Positions 38,572-47,678 of a stretch of 64,000 bases of DNA are shown one piece after another. The DNA is taken from positions 64,001 through 128,000 of IMG/VR virus record IMGVR_UViG_3300032770_000005. The stretch is one strand, 5' to 3'. The DNA is from a virus. The position numbers were made by a program, and so were the translations under genes. The notes beneath the pieces are model-generated. The model did not search any database. It was not told where the DNA came from and worked only from the letters and a program-made list of their open reading frames with translations. Position 1 is the first letter of the stretch; each line of letters opens with the position of its first letter.

Positions 38572-39033
38572 CTATGCCGCCGCTTCCTGCGTGCCGACCA
38601 CGCCGTCGACCATCACCAGCGCGCTCGGAGGCGCGAGACGGTCTGCCTGCCGCGCCATGAGACGGCGCCAGGCCCAGAGCGGCCACTGCCACGGCACGCG
38701 GGGCAAGGGTTCGGACTGAAGTCGCAGCGAGACGTGCAGGTCGGTGCCCGTCGGCACCATCATGAACGAGTCGAAGCGCATGAAGCCCATGGTCCGCTCG
38801 CCGGACGGGAATACGGCATCGCCCGGAGCCGTGGCGAGCACGATCTCCTCGCCGATCATCACCGTGACCTCGATGCGGTCGAACACGCGGTAGCCCTCGC
38901 ACGACATCCGGACCGCGATCAGCGCCATCGCCTTGTCGGTCAACAGCGAGAACGAATGCTCGCGCTCTTCGTCGAAGCTGACGGGGCCGAAGTGCAGCGA
39001 CGCCATCCTGCCGAACGTGCGCTGAGCGCTCAC
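38572..39033 (-). CDS. hypothetical protein
   Basis: Coupled ORF. Confidence 0.6.
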   Translation of the reverse strand: MSAQRTFGRMASLHFGPVSFDEEREHSFSLLTDKAMALIAVRMSCEGYRVFDRIEVTVMIGEEIVLATAPGDAVFPSGERTMGFMRFDSFMMVPTGTDLHVSLRLQSEPLPRVPWQWPLWAWRRLMARQADRLAPPSALVMVDGVVGTQEAAA

Positions 39034-39584
39034 GGCGTGACCCGCAGCGCTGCTGCCTGCCGAGCCAGCTTCTCGGCCTCCGCGACCATGTACTCGATGG
39101 TCCGGTACTCCTCCGGTCGGCGGCTCGCGCGAAGCCTACCGTAGCCAGGCCGCGTGAGGTCGAACGGAGATAGATCGAAGGCGTGACATGCATCGAAGCC
39201 ATGCCACCACACATGCTCCGGCTCGCCCGGTCGCGCGACGTGGCAGATGTGGCCCGCGCACTCCGCGGAGTACGTGATGCCGCCGTGGACCTTCGGGTGG
39301 CCGCCCTCGACCCATTCGGCGTCCACCAGGCTGACGCCGTGCCACGGATGACCGGGCTCCACGCCGACGTAGCCGCACAGGTGCCAGCTCTCGGCGTGCC
39401 TCACGATCAAGCACGGGAAGCCGTGGGCGCGCCACTCGACGCGGTCCGGCTCGTGCGTCCACGGGCCCGCCGGCATCACGGCCCGCACGGCTGCGGGATC
39501 GCGCGATGCCACGGCGCCCTCCGGCAGACGCGGGGACAGGTTCTCGTGGCCAAGGTTCTGATCGACGGGTAGGCTCTGGGTCAT
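39030..39584 (-). CDS. conserved phage protein
   Basis: HLCGYVGV, VHGGITYS, WWHGFDACH. Confidence 0.75.
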   Translation of the reverse strand: MTQSLPVDQNLGHENLSPRLPEGAVASRDPAAVRAVMPAGPWTHEPDRVEWRAHGFPCLIVRHAESWHLCGYVGVEPGHPWHGVSLVDAEWVEGGHPKVHGGITYSAECAGHICHVARPGEPEHVWWHGFDACHAFDLSPFDLTRPGYGRLRASRRPEEYRTIEYMVAEAEKLARQAAALRVTP

Positions 39585-39712
39585 GACGACTGTCAACGTG
39601 GGCTGGAAGTACGCAACGTTCGCGCTCGGTGGTCTCGTGGTGGCGCAGTACTTCTGGTGGGCGAAGCGATGCCCGCAGGTCCTGCCGTGGAACCAGTAGG
39701 CTCTCGCGTGTG

Positions 39713-39742
39713 TTGATACAACGTGTCCGACACTCACGTCAA
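39713..39742 (-). promoter_or_regulatory. promoter with GTGTCCGACAC palindrome in the spacer
   Basis: TTGACG-18 nt-TATCAA; palindrome at 39723-39733. Confidence 0.55.
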
Positions 39743-39760
39743 GGGCCACGTCACGCGTTT

Positions 39761-40022
39761 TTGCGCGAGCCAGCGCGAGGGCTTGGTGCTCGCGACAACG
39801 ATCAGGTCGCACAAAAGCCCTCGCCGGGGCTTCGTGCCGGCGACGTCGAGGAGGTTGGCGCGTTGATCGCGAAGGGCCGCTCAGTGCGAGGCCAGCGCGG
39901 GGGCCGTTGTGCCTGCGACGATTCCCTCGGCGCGCTCTCGGCGTCAAGCCAACGCAGGGGCCTGGTGCCTGCGACGCGCGGCGTCTCCGCGAGGGCCTGT
40001 GCGAGGGCTTTGTGCTCGCGAC
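39761..40022 (+). CRISPR. compact CRISPR-like mini-array, 5 repeats
   Basis: Repeats ending at 39796, 39844, 39919, 39975, 40022. Confidence 0.75.
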
Positions 40023-40081
40023 CGAGGATGCTCGCGATCGAAAACAAGCCTCTTAGCCGGCCAACGAAGGGAGCCTGAACC

Positions 40082-40366
40082 ATGCTGATCGTCCACTATG
40101 GAGCCCCCAGCCCGGACACCGAATACCCGCGCATCCCGCCCATTCTGACCGACCCGCGGCCAAACACCGTGACGCCGGGACCAGCGACGCCGGAGCCCGT
40201 GGCGCCGAAGCCGGACCAGATGCTCGCGGCGCTGACGAAGCGGCGCGTGCGGGTCGCGGTGAGGATCGACGAGGCCGGCCGCGTGCACGTGCGGGTCGAC
40301 GGTCCATTCGGTCTGGCCGCCGACGTCTCGGGCGAGAAGTCGATCACGATCGAGACCGAGGTCTGA
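40082..40366 (+). CDS. hypothetical protein between two mini-arrays
   Basis: GGGAG RBS; good codon use. Confidence 0.7.
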   Translation: MLIVHYGAPSPDTEYPRIPPILTDPRPNTVTPGPATPEPVAPKPDQMLAALTKRRVRVAVRIDEAGRVHVRVDGPFGLAADVSGEKSITIETEV

Positions 40367-40552
40367 GCCGTGGCCCGCGCAGGGGCCTCGTGCCTGCGAC
40401 CATACCGAGCACCGGCACTCGTGCAGCCGCAGGGTCGGTTGCGAAGCCTGCGCAGGGGCCAGGTGCCTGCGACAAGTTGTACGACACGTACTTCCCGCGC
40501 GAAGTCGGGACGTGTTGTTGCGAAGCCGGCGCGAGGGCTTCGTGCTCGCGAC
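40365..40552 (+). CRISPR. CRISPR-like mini-array, 3 repeats
   Basis: Repeats at 40365, 40438, 40517; spacers 37 and 43 bp. Confidence 0.8.
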
Positions 40553-40622
40553 CGCGGCTGCCGGGGTAGGCGCATGGCGTCGGCCAGCTGCCAGCCGTGA
40601 CTGGCTCTGTTAGGCTGCGCTC

Positions 40623-41363
40623 ATGACGTACGCGTGTGGAGCGGTGCTCGATCCGGTCTGCGACCCCTGGACCGGCGAGATGTACCCGAACCCCTGCGAG
40701 GCCGAGGCCGCCGGTGTCTTCGACTGGCAGCGCTCGTGCGACGGCGGCTTCGACGTCGACGTCTGGGGCCCCGGAACTATCGACTGGGGCTGGTCAGGCG
40801 CACCGGGGCTCGTCCGACGGCAGCGGCGGCGGCGGCGGCACGGCGGAGGACGCCCTGGCCGCCCAGGCGGCAAGCAGGCGACGCTGACGCCCGGTACGCT
40901 GACGCCCGGTACGCCGATCGGCGGACCGAAGACCGGCTCAGGCCGCGGCTTGCAGCTCTCGGCCGGGCCTGCGTCTGCTCCGCGGTCTGCTGGCCCACTG
41001 GCGCCGCTGTTCGAGGGCTCCGACCTCACGCCGAGCGCAGCGCTCGCGCCCGCGCCGATGCGGCTCTCTGCGACGCGTGGTGCCGCGCCCATGGCGCCCG
41101 GTTCCAAGCCGATGAGCTTCAGCGGTCTACGCCGCAGCGCCGGCACTCTGCGCGGACCGCTGTCGGCGGGGGCGCGGTACGCCAGCGCCAGTCGCAGCCT
41201 CCGGCCGGCCTCGCTCGTCAGTCGTGGCGGGCGCGTCGCCGCCCGCGGCATGCGCGGGCTCGGCCAGAACACGACCACGACGCTCGCGCTCGGTGGTGCC
41301 GGCATCGGAACGTTCGCGGCGCTGTGGCTCGCCGCCATCTACCTCTTCGGCCGGAACCGGTGA
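40623..41363 (+). CDS. Kazal-like N-terminus, Arg-rich linker, C-terminal TM protein
   Basis: C...DPVCD..TGEMYPNPCEAEAAGV; MRGLGQ before the TM segment. Confidence 0.65.
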   Translation: MTYACGAVLDPVCDPWTGEMYPNPCEAEAAGVFDWQRSCDGGFDVDVWGPGTIDWGWSGAPGLVRRQRRRRRHGGGRPGRPGGKQATLTPGTLTPGTPIGGPKTGSGRGLQLSAGPASAPRSAGPLAPLFEGSDLTPSAALAPAPMRLSATRGAAPMAPGSKPMSFSGLRRSAGTLRGPLSAGARYASASRSLRPASLVSRGGRVAARGMRGLGQNTTTTLALGGAGIGTFAALWLAAIYLFGRNR

Positions 41364-41385
41364 GCCAGGCCAGGAGGCGCTCGTC

Positions 41386-41790
41386 ATGACCATCAACAGG
41401 CTCGCGGTCCGACCGGCGGCAGCGTCCCTCACGAAAGAGCTGCTGGAGCAGCTCGACGACGGCCTGCTGATCGCGTGGCGCATCTCGAACAGCCGGCTCG
41501 ACTGGTCGATCATGAACCGGCCTCCGTCGATCCAGGACCACGCGCTCGCGACGGCGCTCGTGTTCGCGATGCCGAACTACAAGCTCGTCATCGACAAGAA
41601 GATCATGCGGCCCGAGAAGATCCTGCGCAGCGATGGCCGCGAGGTCACGTACAACGAGTACATCGACGTCGACTTCACGGATGGACGGATCCGCTCGTCG
41701 CGCAAGCGGGACATGACTCAGAAAGTGCTGGCTGCCATCGTCCACCAGCTCATGCAGAGCACAGCGCCGATGCCTGGCGTTCGCGGCTGA
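41386..41790 (+). CDS. hypothetical protein adjacent to the main array
   Basis: AGGAGG RBS; no Cas motif recognised. Confidence 0.75.
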   Translation: MTINRLAVRPAAASLTKELLEQLDDGLLIAWRISNSRLDWSIMNRPPSIQDHALATALVFAMPNYKLVIDKKIMRPEKILRSDGREVTYNEYIDVDFTDGRIRSSRKRDMTQKVLAAIVHQLMQSTAPMPGVRG

Positions 41791-41823
41791 TTCGGCCGAG
41801 CTGCGTGCCGGCATCGACGTGAA

Positions 41824-43209
41824 GTCGCGGGCATTCGGCCCCCACGCTGGCCTGACGGCGACGGCGATGACCCACTGCTGCGCCATGTCGCAGGCACGAT
41901 GCCCCCACGCTGGCCCTGCAACGCGCACAACGCGCAGTACAAGCCGATGGCGCTCGGCGTGGCTCGGCGTGTCGCGAGCACCAAGCCCCCGCGCTGGCCT
42001 CGCCTGCATGACGATCTGCACCGAGTGCTTCTGCGTCCATCCGTCGCGGGCACTCGGCCCCCGCGCTGGCCTCGTAACAAGGGCTCTAGCTGACCGGTCA
42101 GCAGGACGACGCGCAGTCGCAGGCACGATGCCCCCGCGCTGGCTCTTCGAGACGCCGTCTCGGCCTTCCGGTCGCAGGCACCAGGCCCCTGCGCAGGCCT
42201 CGCAACAACTACACGCGAACCGAGCGCCTTCGCATATGCGTCGCGAGCACAAGCCCTCGCGCTGGCTCAGTCGTGGAACTGCATGTCGCGGACACCAGAG
42301 CCTCCGCGCAGGCTCGATCGTGGTCGCTCGGCTTGAGCGCGAGCCGGGCCTTCTCGCTCACTTCGCGAGCACCAAGCCCCCGCGCTGGCTTCGCGACTAC
42401 GTGGATGCGGCCGCTTCCCCTTGGTCCAGCGCCAGGTGCAGGCACGAGGCCCCTGCGCAGGCCTCGCGACGTCCTCGTCATGAACACCAATCTCGCGGAC
42501 ACGCAGTCGCAGGCACACGGCCCCCGCGCTGGCCTCGCGACGCATATGATCGGCGCTGGTACGCGTGCGGCGACCTCCAGTCGCAGGCACTCGGCCCCCG
42601 CGCTGGCCTCGCGACGCTCCGGCGCGCCGCGTGAGCATCACGACGTCGCGCTTCATGTCGCGAGCACTCGGCCCCCGCGCTGGCCTCGCGACCGGCAGAC
42701 CCGGGCGATGGTAGTGCTGCACGATGACGTCGCAGGCACACGGCCCCCGCGCTGGCCCCGCGACCAATGAACGGTGCCTTGTGGGCGGCCACGGGTCCCA
42801 GAGTCGCAGGCACACGGCCCCCGCGCTGGCCTCGCGACCCGCACAGCAGCGCGTTGAACGCGCCGCCCGCGAGAAAGTCGCAGGCACACGGCCCCCGCGC
42901 TGGCCTCGCGACGGCACTGCTCCGGCGCATGGGCTTCTGCGAGGAGCGCGGTCGCAGGCACACGGCCCCCGCGCTGGCCTCGCGACCGCGTCGCTGGCCA
43001 CCCGACACGCATGTATGTGCCTCCCGGTCGCAGGCACACGGCCCCCGCGCTGGCCTCGCGACGCACGTCGTGCACGGTCGGCGTTGTCGTAGTTCTCCTG
43101 TCGCAGGCACCAGGCCCCCGCGCCGGCCTCGCGACTAGAGGATCTGCGTGCGAGGAACGTTGTCGAAGAAGGAGTCGCAGGCACACGGCCCCCGCGCTGG
43201 CCTCGCGAC
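41824..43209 (-). CRISPR. main CRISPR array, 20 repeats of 36 bp
   Basis: Ten near-identical repeats at 42506, 42580, 42657, 42729, 42803, 42877, 42951, 43027, 43100, 43174 with 36-41 bp unique spacers; ten degenerate repeats from 41824 to 42435. Strand inferred from the decay gradient. Confidence 0.95.
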
Positions 43210-43548
43210 GGACTGCTCGCATCGGCCGTCATTCCGCATCACTGGGCGCCGCTTCGCGAGCGGTCCCCGCTGAGCAAGCCGCACAGCCTTCCTTGCCTTC
43301 GCTCGCGCCCATGTCTCGTCGTCTTGCCCAGCGGAATCGTTGACCTCTCGCGGCTCGCGAGCGACTCCGCCCTCTGCGATAGCACCGGCGTCGCTCGCAC
43401 ATCGATCGAGAAGCTCCAGAAATGGCGTCGGTAGCGGCATCGGCTTCACTTCGAGGATCTGCGGCCGCGAGTGCGGCGACTCCATCCACGCCTTCGAGAT
43501 ATCCTCGACGGTGTGCACCGTGTAGGGCACGCCCAGCTTGTCGAGCAC
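43135..43548 (-). CDS. hypothetical protein or pseudogene running into the array
   Basis: Protein-like frame crosses the first repeat; possible frameshifted 5' part up to 43627. Confidence 0.35.
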   Translation of the reverse strand: MLDKLGVPYTVHTVEDISKAWMESPHSRPQILEVKPMPLPTPFLELLDRCASDAGAIAEGGVAREPREVNDSAGQDDETWARAKARKAVRLAQRGPLAKRRPVMRNDGRCEQSVARPARGPCACDSFFDNVPRTQIL

Positions 43549-43664
43549 CCCGAAGCGGGAAGTCCGCCGACACTCGCATCGGGACGAGCAGCCCGTCGAG
43601 CCTCACCTTGCTGTCCTTCTCGGTCACTCAATCCTCCTGGCCACAGGATCGTGCCGCACTGCGG

Positions 43665-44246
43665 CTAGCGCCTGTAGAGCCCGCGCAGGACCAGACGGTC
43701 TGCGTCGTCGATCCTCGGCGGGAAGCCCTGCGGCTCGGCCAGCGTGCAGCACGCGCCGCCGCACATGATCGAGCCGGACCAGCAGTCATGAGCCAAGCCG
43801 AGGCAGTGACCCAGCTCGTGCTGGAGCACCAGCGCCCGCATCGTCGTGTCGCCCTCGTTGCGCGTCTCGACCTCACACCGCCGACTGCCAGGCGTGTACG
43901 TCGCGTCGCCACCAGGATCGCGCCAGCCAGCCTCGACCGGTGCACCGACCACTACGCGCACCTGACACGTCGGCACGTTGCTCACGACCAGCACCGTGAG
44001 CCCGAGCCGCTCGTTGATGGTCCCGACCACGTCGACCACGGCATCGAACGCCGCCCGGTTGTCGTCAGGCGCGCCGCCGTACATCGACACGCACACGGCG
44101 ATCGGCACGTCGGCCGCCGTGAAGCCAGGCCGCGCATCCATCAGCTCGGGCTCGCTGTGGTGCATGACGCCGTACACGACGAGCGACAGGACCAGGACCA
44201 CAAGCCCTGCGATCGCAGCGATCATCGCGATGGAGCCAGGCTTCAC
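43665..44246 (-). CDS. membrane-anchored matrixin-type metallopeptidase
   Basis: HELGHCLGLAH plus SIM Met-turn; N-terminal TM. Confidence 0.88.
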   Translation of the reverse strand: MKPGSIAMIAAIAGLVVLVLSLVVYGVMHHSEPELMDARPGFTAADVPIAVCVSMYGGAPDDNRAAFDAVVDVVGTINERLGLTVLVVSNVPTCQVRVVVGAPVEAGWRDPGGDATYTPGSRRCEVETRNEGDTTMRALVLQHELGHCLGLAHDCWSGSIMCGGACCTLAEPQGFPPRIDDADRLVLRGLYRR

Positions 44247-44431
44247 GCCGCAGCCTTCCGCTGCCGATCGCCCACGCCACGGATGGTGCGCCGGTCGGTC
44301 TCGGACATGCCGGCCCAGAGCGCGTCCAGCTCCACCTGGTAGCGCTCGACCTCCTCCTCACCACGCAGCCGAGCACTGCGAAGCCGCTCTCGAACCGCTC
44401 GGTACCGCTCCACGAACATCGACTCGGACAT
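44243..44431 (-). CDS. hypothetical protein
   Basis: GAGGTGG RBS; coupled to the peptidase gene. Confidence 0.6.
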   Translation of the reverse strand: MSESMFVERYRAVRERLRSARLRGEEEVERYQVELDALWAGMSETDRRTIRGVGDRQRKAAA

Positions 44432-44450
44432 GACCACCTCACTGCGTCCC

Positions 44451-44489
44451 AAAAGGAACGAGGGCGCCCCGTTGAGAAGGCGCCCTCGT
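44451..44489 (-). terminator. intrinsic terminator
   Basis: 11-bp stem ACGAGGGCGCC/GGCGCCCTCGT followed by TCCTTTT on the minus strand. Confidence 0.65.
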
Positions 44490-44679
44490 CAGGTTCTCCG
44501 AAGAAGAAGCCTACGCCGGAACGCCGCCCACTTGCCGGTTCTTGCTCTTGCTTTCGCTGGCCAACCACAGGCCGCCGGGCCGAACGGAAATCGTCGTCGG
44601 AACTCCGAGCGACGCGGCGGACCTGAAGCTGGTTCTGCACATGGGCACATCAACTCCTGCGGGAAGATCTGACACGACC

Positions 44680-44708
44680 GTTGTCGCACGTGTCCGACAC
44701 CATGTCAA
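44680..44708 (-). promoter_or_regulatory. promoter-like site with GTGTCCGACAC palindrome
   Basis: TTGACA at 44708-44703; palindrome 44690-44700; weak -10. Confidence 0.5.
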
Positions 44709-45103
44709 TGAATCAGCTCGTCGACCGCATCACCGTCGAGCCACAGACGGCGCGGCTCCAGATACACGTAGGTGGGGATCGGCTTCCTGCGAGCCAGCGA
44801 GATCGAATGCATCGTGCCGGCAGACACGCCATCCCAGAGCGCCACCAACTCGTCGGATTCGTTCACGATGGCCTGGTTGCGGATGAATCCTGCCGAGCGG
44901 CCATGGAGGTGCCACTCGGCAGGAAAGACGATGGGCGCTGTGGAGCAGAGCCTGCGTGCGGCGCGCTCGGCCAGCGTGTCGGCGCCTTGCGCTCCGCCGC
45001 TGACGATGACGACCGACGGGTCGCGCTCCACCAGGCGCTTGACCACGCGCTCGACGAGCTGCCGATCGAAGAACGTCCTCGACCCGACGATCGCGACCTT
45101 CAC
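44705..45103 (-). CDS. SLOG-family (DUF2493/YspA-like) protein
   Basis: IVGSR, IVSGGAQGADTLAE, AGFIRN, WDGVSAGT. Confidence 0.9.
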   Translation of the reverse strand: MKVAIVGSRTFFDRQLVERVVKRLVERDPSVVIVSGGAQGADTLAERAARRLCSTAPIVFPAEWHLHGRSAGFIRNQAIVNESDELVALWDGVSAGTMHSISLARRKPIPTYVYLEPRRLWLDGDAVDELIH

Positions 45104-45129
45104 TGCTCAGGCCAGGAGCGCGTCGGACT

Positions 45130-46473
45130 TCATCGGCTGCCCGCCAGGTTGGGATGCCGCGTCTTGAAGTACGGGTAGTAGATGGGCGTCTCCACTTCGA
45201 GCCCACGCTTGTTGAACCACTCCACGCTCGTGGAGCTGAGCACGTCGTCGAGATGGCTCTCCAGCTTGAGCGCGGTGATCATGCTCCGATCGTAGACGCG
45301 GACCTCGGCCATCGAGCCGACGTACATGACCGTGTCCTCGCGCTCCGGCTGCTCCCAGTCGCTCGGCGGCCGGACCTGCCAACCGTGCCGCAGGCGCCCT
45401 TCGCAGGCGTTCGCCCAGTCGGAGAGCCACACGCGCGAGCGAGCGCTGACGTCGAACCCGAGCGCCTGCGCGGCAGCAGGCTCGGCGCACAGCCAGTCGG
45501 CATCGAGCTGCGCTTCGACCACGCCGATCTGCTCGATGTCGATGTCCGCCAGCAGCCGCGGGCTCGTGTGCATGAAGAGCGGGTTGTACAGCTCGTGCTC
45601 CCAGTCGGCGAAGCTCAGCATGTACTTGTAGAACTCGAACCGCTGGTTCGCGGCGTAGTAGCCGAGGTCGCGCGCACTCAGCTCGCCCATCTCCGCGACG
45701 AGCTGTGGTGAGCCCCATGCCTGCGCCGCGTACGGCTTGCTGGCCCCGTGATGATAGAGGAGCCGCGGATCGACGAGCTGGTCGAGGTGCGCGACCAGCA
45801 CATCGAGCCGCACCCGATTCAGCCACGCGTGCTCGCCGGCGGTCACGGGCACGAGGCCCTGGTCGATGCGCACGACGTCATCGGGCGAGAGCCGCATGCT
45901 GTCGAGCTGCGACCGGGTCCCCTTCGGTGCGAGGCGGTGGCCTTCGATGATCATCTGCCCGAGCTGAAGCTCGCCGCGGGCTGCCAAGGCCAGCGCCCGC
46001 AGGCCGATGACGATCGCCTCCGCGATGCGCCTGTCGAGCGTGAAGCTCACCGACTCCGAGGGGCCGCCTCCCGTCGCGTGGATGTCGTCGCCGAGCATGC
46101 TGCGCGGCTTGAGGCCCTCGCTGAGCACTCGGTCGAGCGCGAGCGTCGCGTGGTACACACGGCGCCCCCGAGGCCAACGGAAGCCGCGTGGCTTCTCGCT
46201 GCTGTTCGGCATGAGCGGAGGCGGCAGATCTTCGACCGCCGCCACTGCCTGCTCGATCATGTCGGGCGTCAGGTGCAGCGCGCCGTAGGCCGCAGCCGAC
46301 CGCAGTCGGCTCTCCAGGATGATCCGTACGACGGTGGACACCGGCGCGACGGGATCGAAGGCGAACGCGCTCGCGACGTTGTTGGCGACCTCGGAGGCCA
46401 GATCAAGACCCACGATCGGCGTGAGGCGTGCAGCCACACGCGAAGCGAAGTCGTGCAGGCTCGCGCGGCTCAT
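45130..46473 (-). CDS. putative ADP-ribosyltransferase-fold protein
   Basis: VYHAT...VLSEGLKPRS...SVSFTLDRRIA...AEVRV. Confidence 0.6.
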   Translation of the reverse strand: MSRASLHDFASRVAARLTPIVGLDLASEVANNVASAFAFDPVAPVSTVVRIILESRLRSAAAYGALHLTPDMIEQAVAAVEDLPPPLMPNSSEKPRGFRWPRGRRVYHATLALDRVLSEGLKPRSMLGDDIHATGGGPSESVSFTLDRRIAEAIVIGLRALALAARGELQLGQMIIEGHRLAPKGTRSQLDSMRLSPDDVVRIDQGLVPVTAGEHAWLNRVRLDVLVAHLDQLVDPRLLYHHGASKPYAAQAWGSPQLVAEMGELSARDLGYYAANQRFEFYKYMLSFADWEHELYNPLFMHTSPRLLADIDIEQIGVVEAQLDADWLCAEPAAAQALGFDVSARSRVWLSDWANACEGRLRHGWQVRPPSDWEQPEREDTVMYVGSMAEVRVYDRSMITALKLESHLDDVLSSTSVEWFNKRGLEVETPIYYPYFKTRHPNLAGSR

Positions 46474-46533
46474 GCAGCGAGGCTAGCACGGAAGTGTGTT
46501 GCAAGAACCAGCGTTGCCGGCTACCGTGGGCCC

Positions 46534-46701
46534 ATGCAGCAGAAGCCGATCGAGCAGCAGCTCGCCGAGGCCCGACGGGAGATCACACGCCTCACCGAGC
46601 AGAATGACCTGCTCGTGCACATGATCAAGCGCGCCGCCAGAGAGATGAAGGCCGGCGGCAAGGACCTGCTCACCGACCTCGAACGCACACTGAAGGAGTG
46701 A
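46534..46701 (+). CDS. small coiled-coil protein
   Basis: Leaderless start after TTGCAA-17 nt-TACCGT. Confidence 0.6.
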   Translation: MQQKPIEQQLAEARREITRLTEQNDLLVHMIKRAAREMKAGGKDLLTDLERTLKE

Positions 46702-47228
46702 CCACCATGAAGCCGTGGACCCGCTGGCTGCTCTACCCGGCGCTCTTGCCGACAGACATCGTGGGCTGGCTGCTCGTGTGCGTGCTGCGCCTGCTGTTCG
46801 GCAAGGCGCTCGGCTGGGAGGACGGCGTGCTCATCGTCGACCTCGACCCCAACTCGTGGTTCGCCACGACGCTCTTCAAGAACTGGGGCGGCGCGACCAT
46901 CGGCCATGCGATCATCGTGCACAGCGTCAGTGCCGAGGCACGCAAGCGCATCTTGACCCACGAGCGCGTGCACGTGACGCAGCACGAGACGAACGCGCTC
47001 GCGGGACTGGTGCTCGCGCTTCCGACGTGCGTCATGCTGGACTTCCCGAGGCTCGCGGGCCTGGTGCTGCCGCTTGCCGGATTCGTGTGGACGATGACCC
47101 CGTGGCTGGTCTACGTCGCCGGCTACATCACCGGCGCCTGCTACGGGCTCAACGCGTATCTCGGCAACCCCGCCGAAGAGGCCGCTCGCGACCACACGCA
47201 GGTCGTGGACAGCACATCCGATTCGTGA
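46698..47228 (+). CDS. membrane protein with HExxH zinc-peptidase motif
   Basis: GATIGH, LTHERVHVTQ, NPAEEAAR. Confidence 0.7.
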   Translation: MTTMKPWTRWLLYPALLPTDIVGWLLVCVLRLLFGKALGWEDGVLIVDLDPNSWFATTLFKNWGGATIGHAIIVHSVSAEARKRILTHERVHVTQHETNALAGLVLALPTCVMLDFPRLAGLVLPLAGFVWTMTPWLVYVAGYITGACYGLNAYLGNPAEEAARDHTQVVDSTSDS

Positions 47229-47229
47229 G

Positions 47230-47457
47230 GTGAGCAGCATGCCCGAGGACGACGCCAGCAAGAACATGGCAGACAGTTCATTCCGGACTGCCGACGAAGC
47301 CGAACTGTGGAAAAGCGTCTACTTGGCGTACCTGAGATCGACAATCACGGTATCTCACAACGACAAGGCTATGACCTTGACAGAACTTGCCGACAGCGCC
47401 GTCCTGCTCTACCGCAAGCGCCGCAAGCACCTCGACGCGAGCGGCCCGTACCGATGA
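47230..47457 (+). CDS. hypothetical protein
   Basis: Short ORF in operon. Confidence 0.5.
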   Translation: MSSMPEDDASKNMADSSFRTADEAELWKSVYLAYLRSTITVSHNDKAMTLTELADSAVLLYRKRRKHLDASGPYR

Positions 47458-47678
47458 GGCGCTGGGGACCAGCGAAGGGCACGCCGTTCGGGCTGCCTGA
47501 CAACTTCGTGGTCGGTGACCGGGTTTCGATCCGCCCGCATGGACGGCTCGGCGTCATCGCCGCGCTGCCGGTGCGGCTCGACGAGGGCTACCTCGTGCGC
47601 ATGGACGACGGAACCGACCTGCGCGCGAACTGGTTCATCGTCGACCGCGTGGAGCCGCTCATGGTCATCCAGAAGCGG

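Noticed and set aside
41386-41790. Gene beside the array as a possible Cas protein
   Set aside because: 134 aa with no RuvC, Cas2, Cas4 or Cas6 motif recognised; left as hypothetical, though worth a structure search.
43136-43173. Newest spacer partly matches about 53918-53939 in a putative capsid gene
   Set aside because: Only about 18 of 21 nt match and the flanks differ; expected by chance in GC-rich DNA.
41819-43343. Many ORFs overlapping the main array (SRGQRGGRVPAT, REASAGAVCLR repeats)
   Set aside because: Translations of the CRISPR repeat; stop codons are rare at this GC content.
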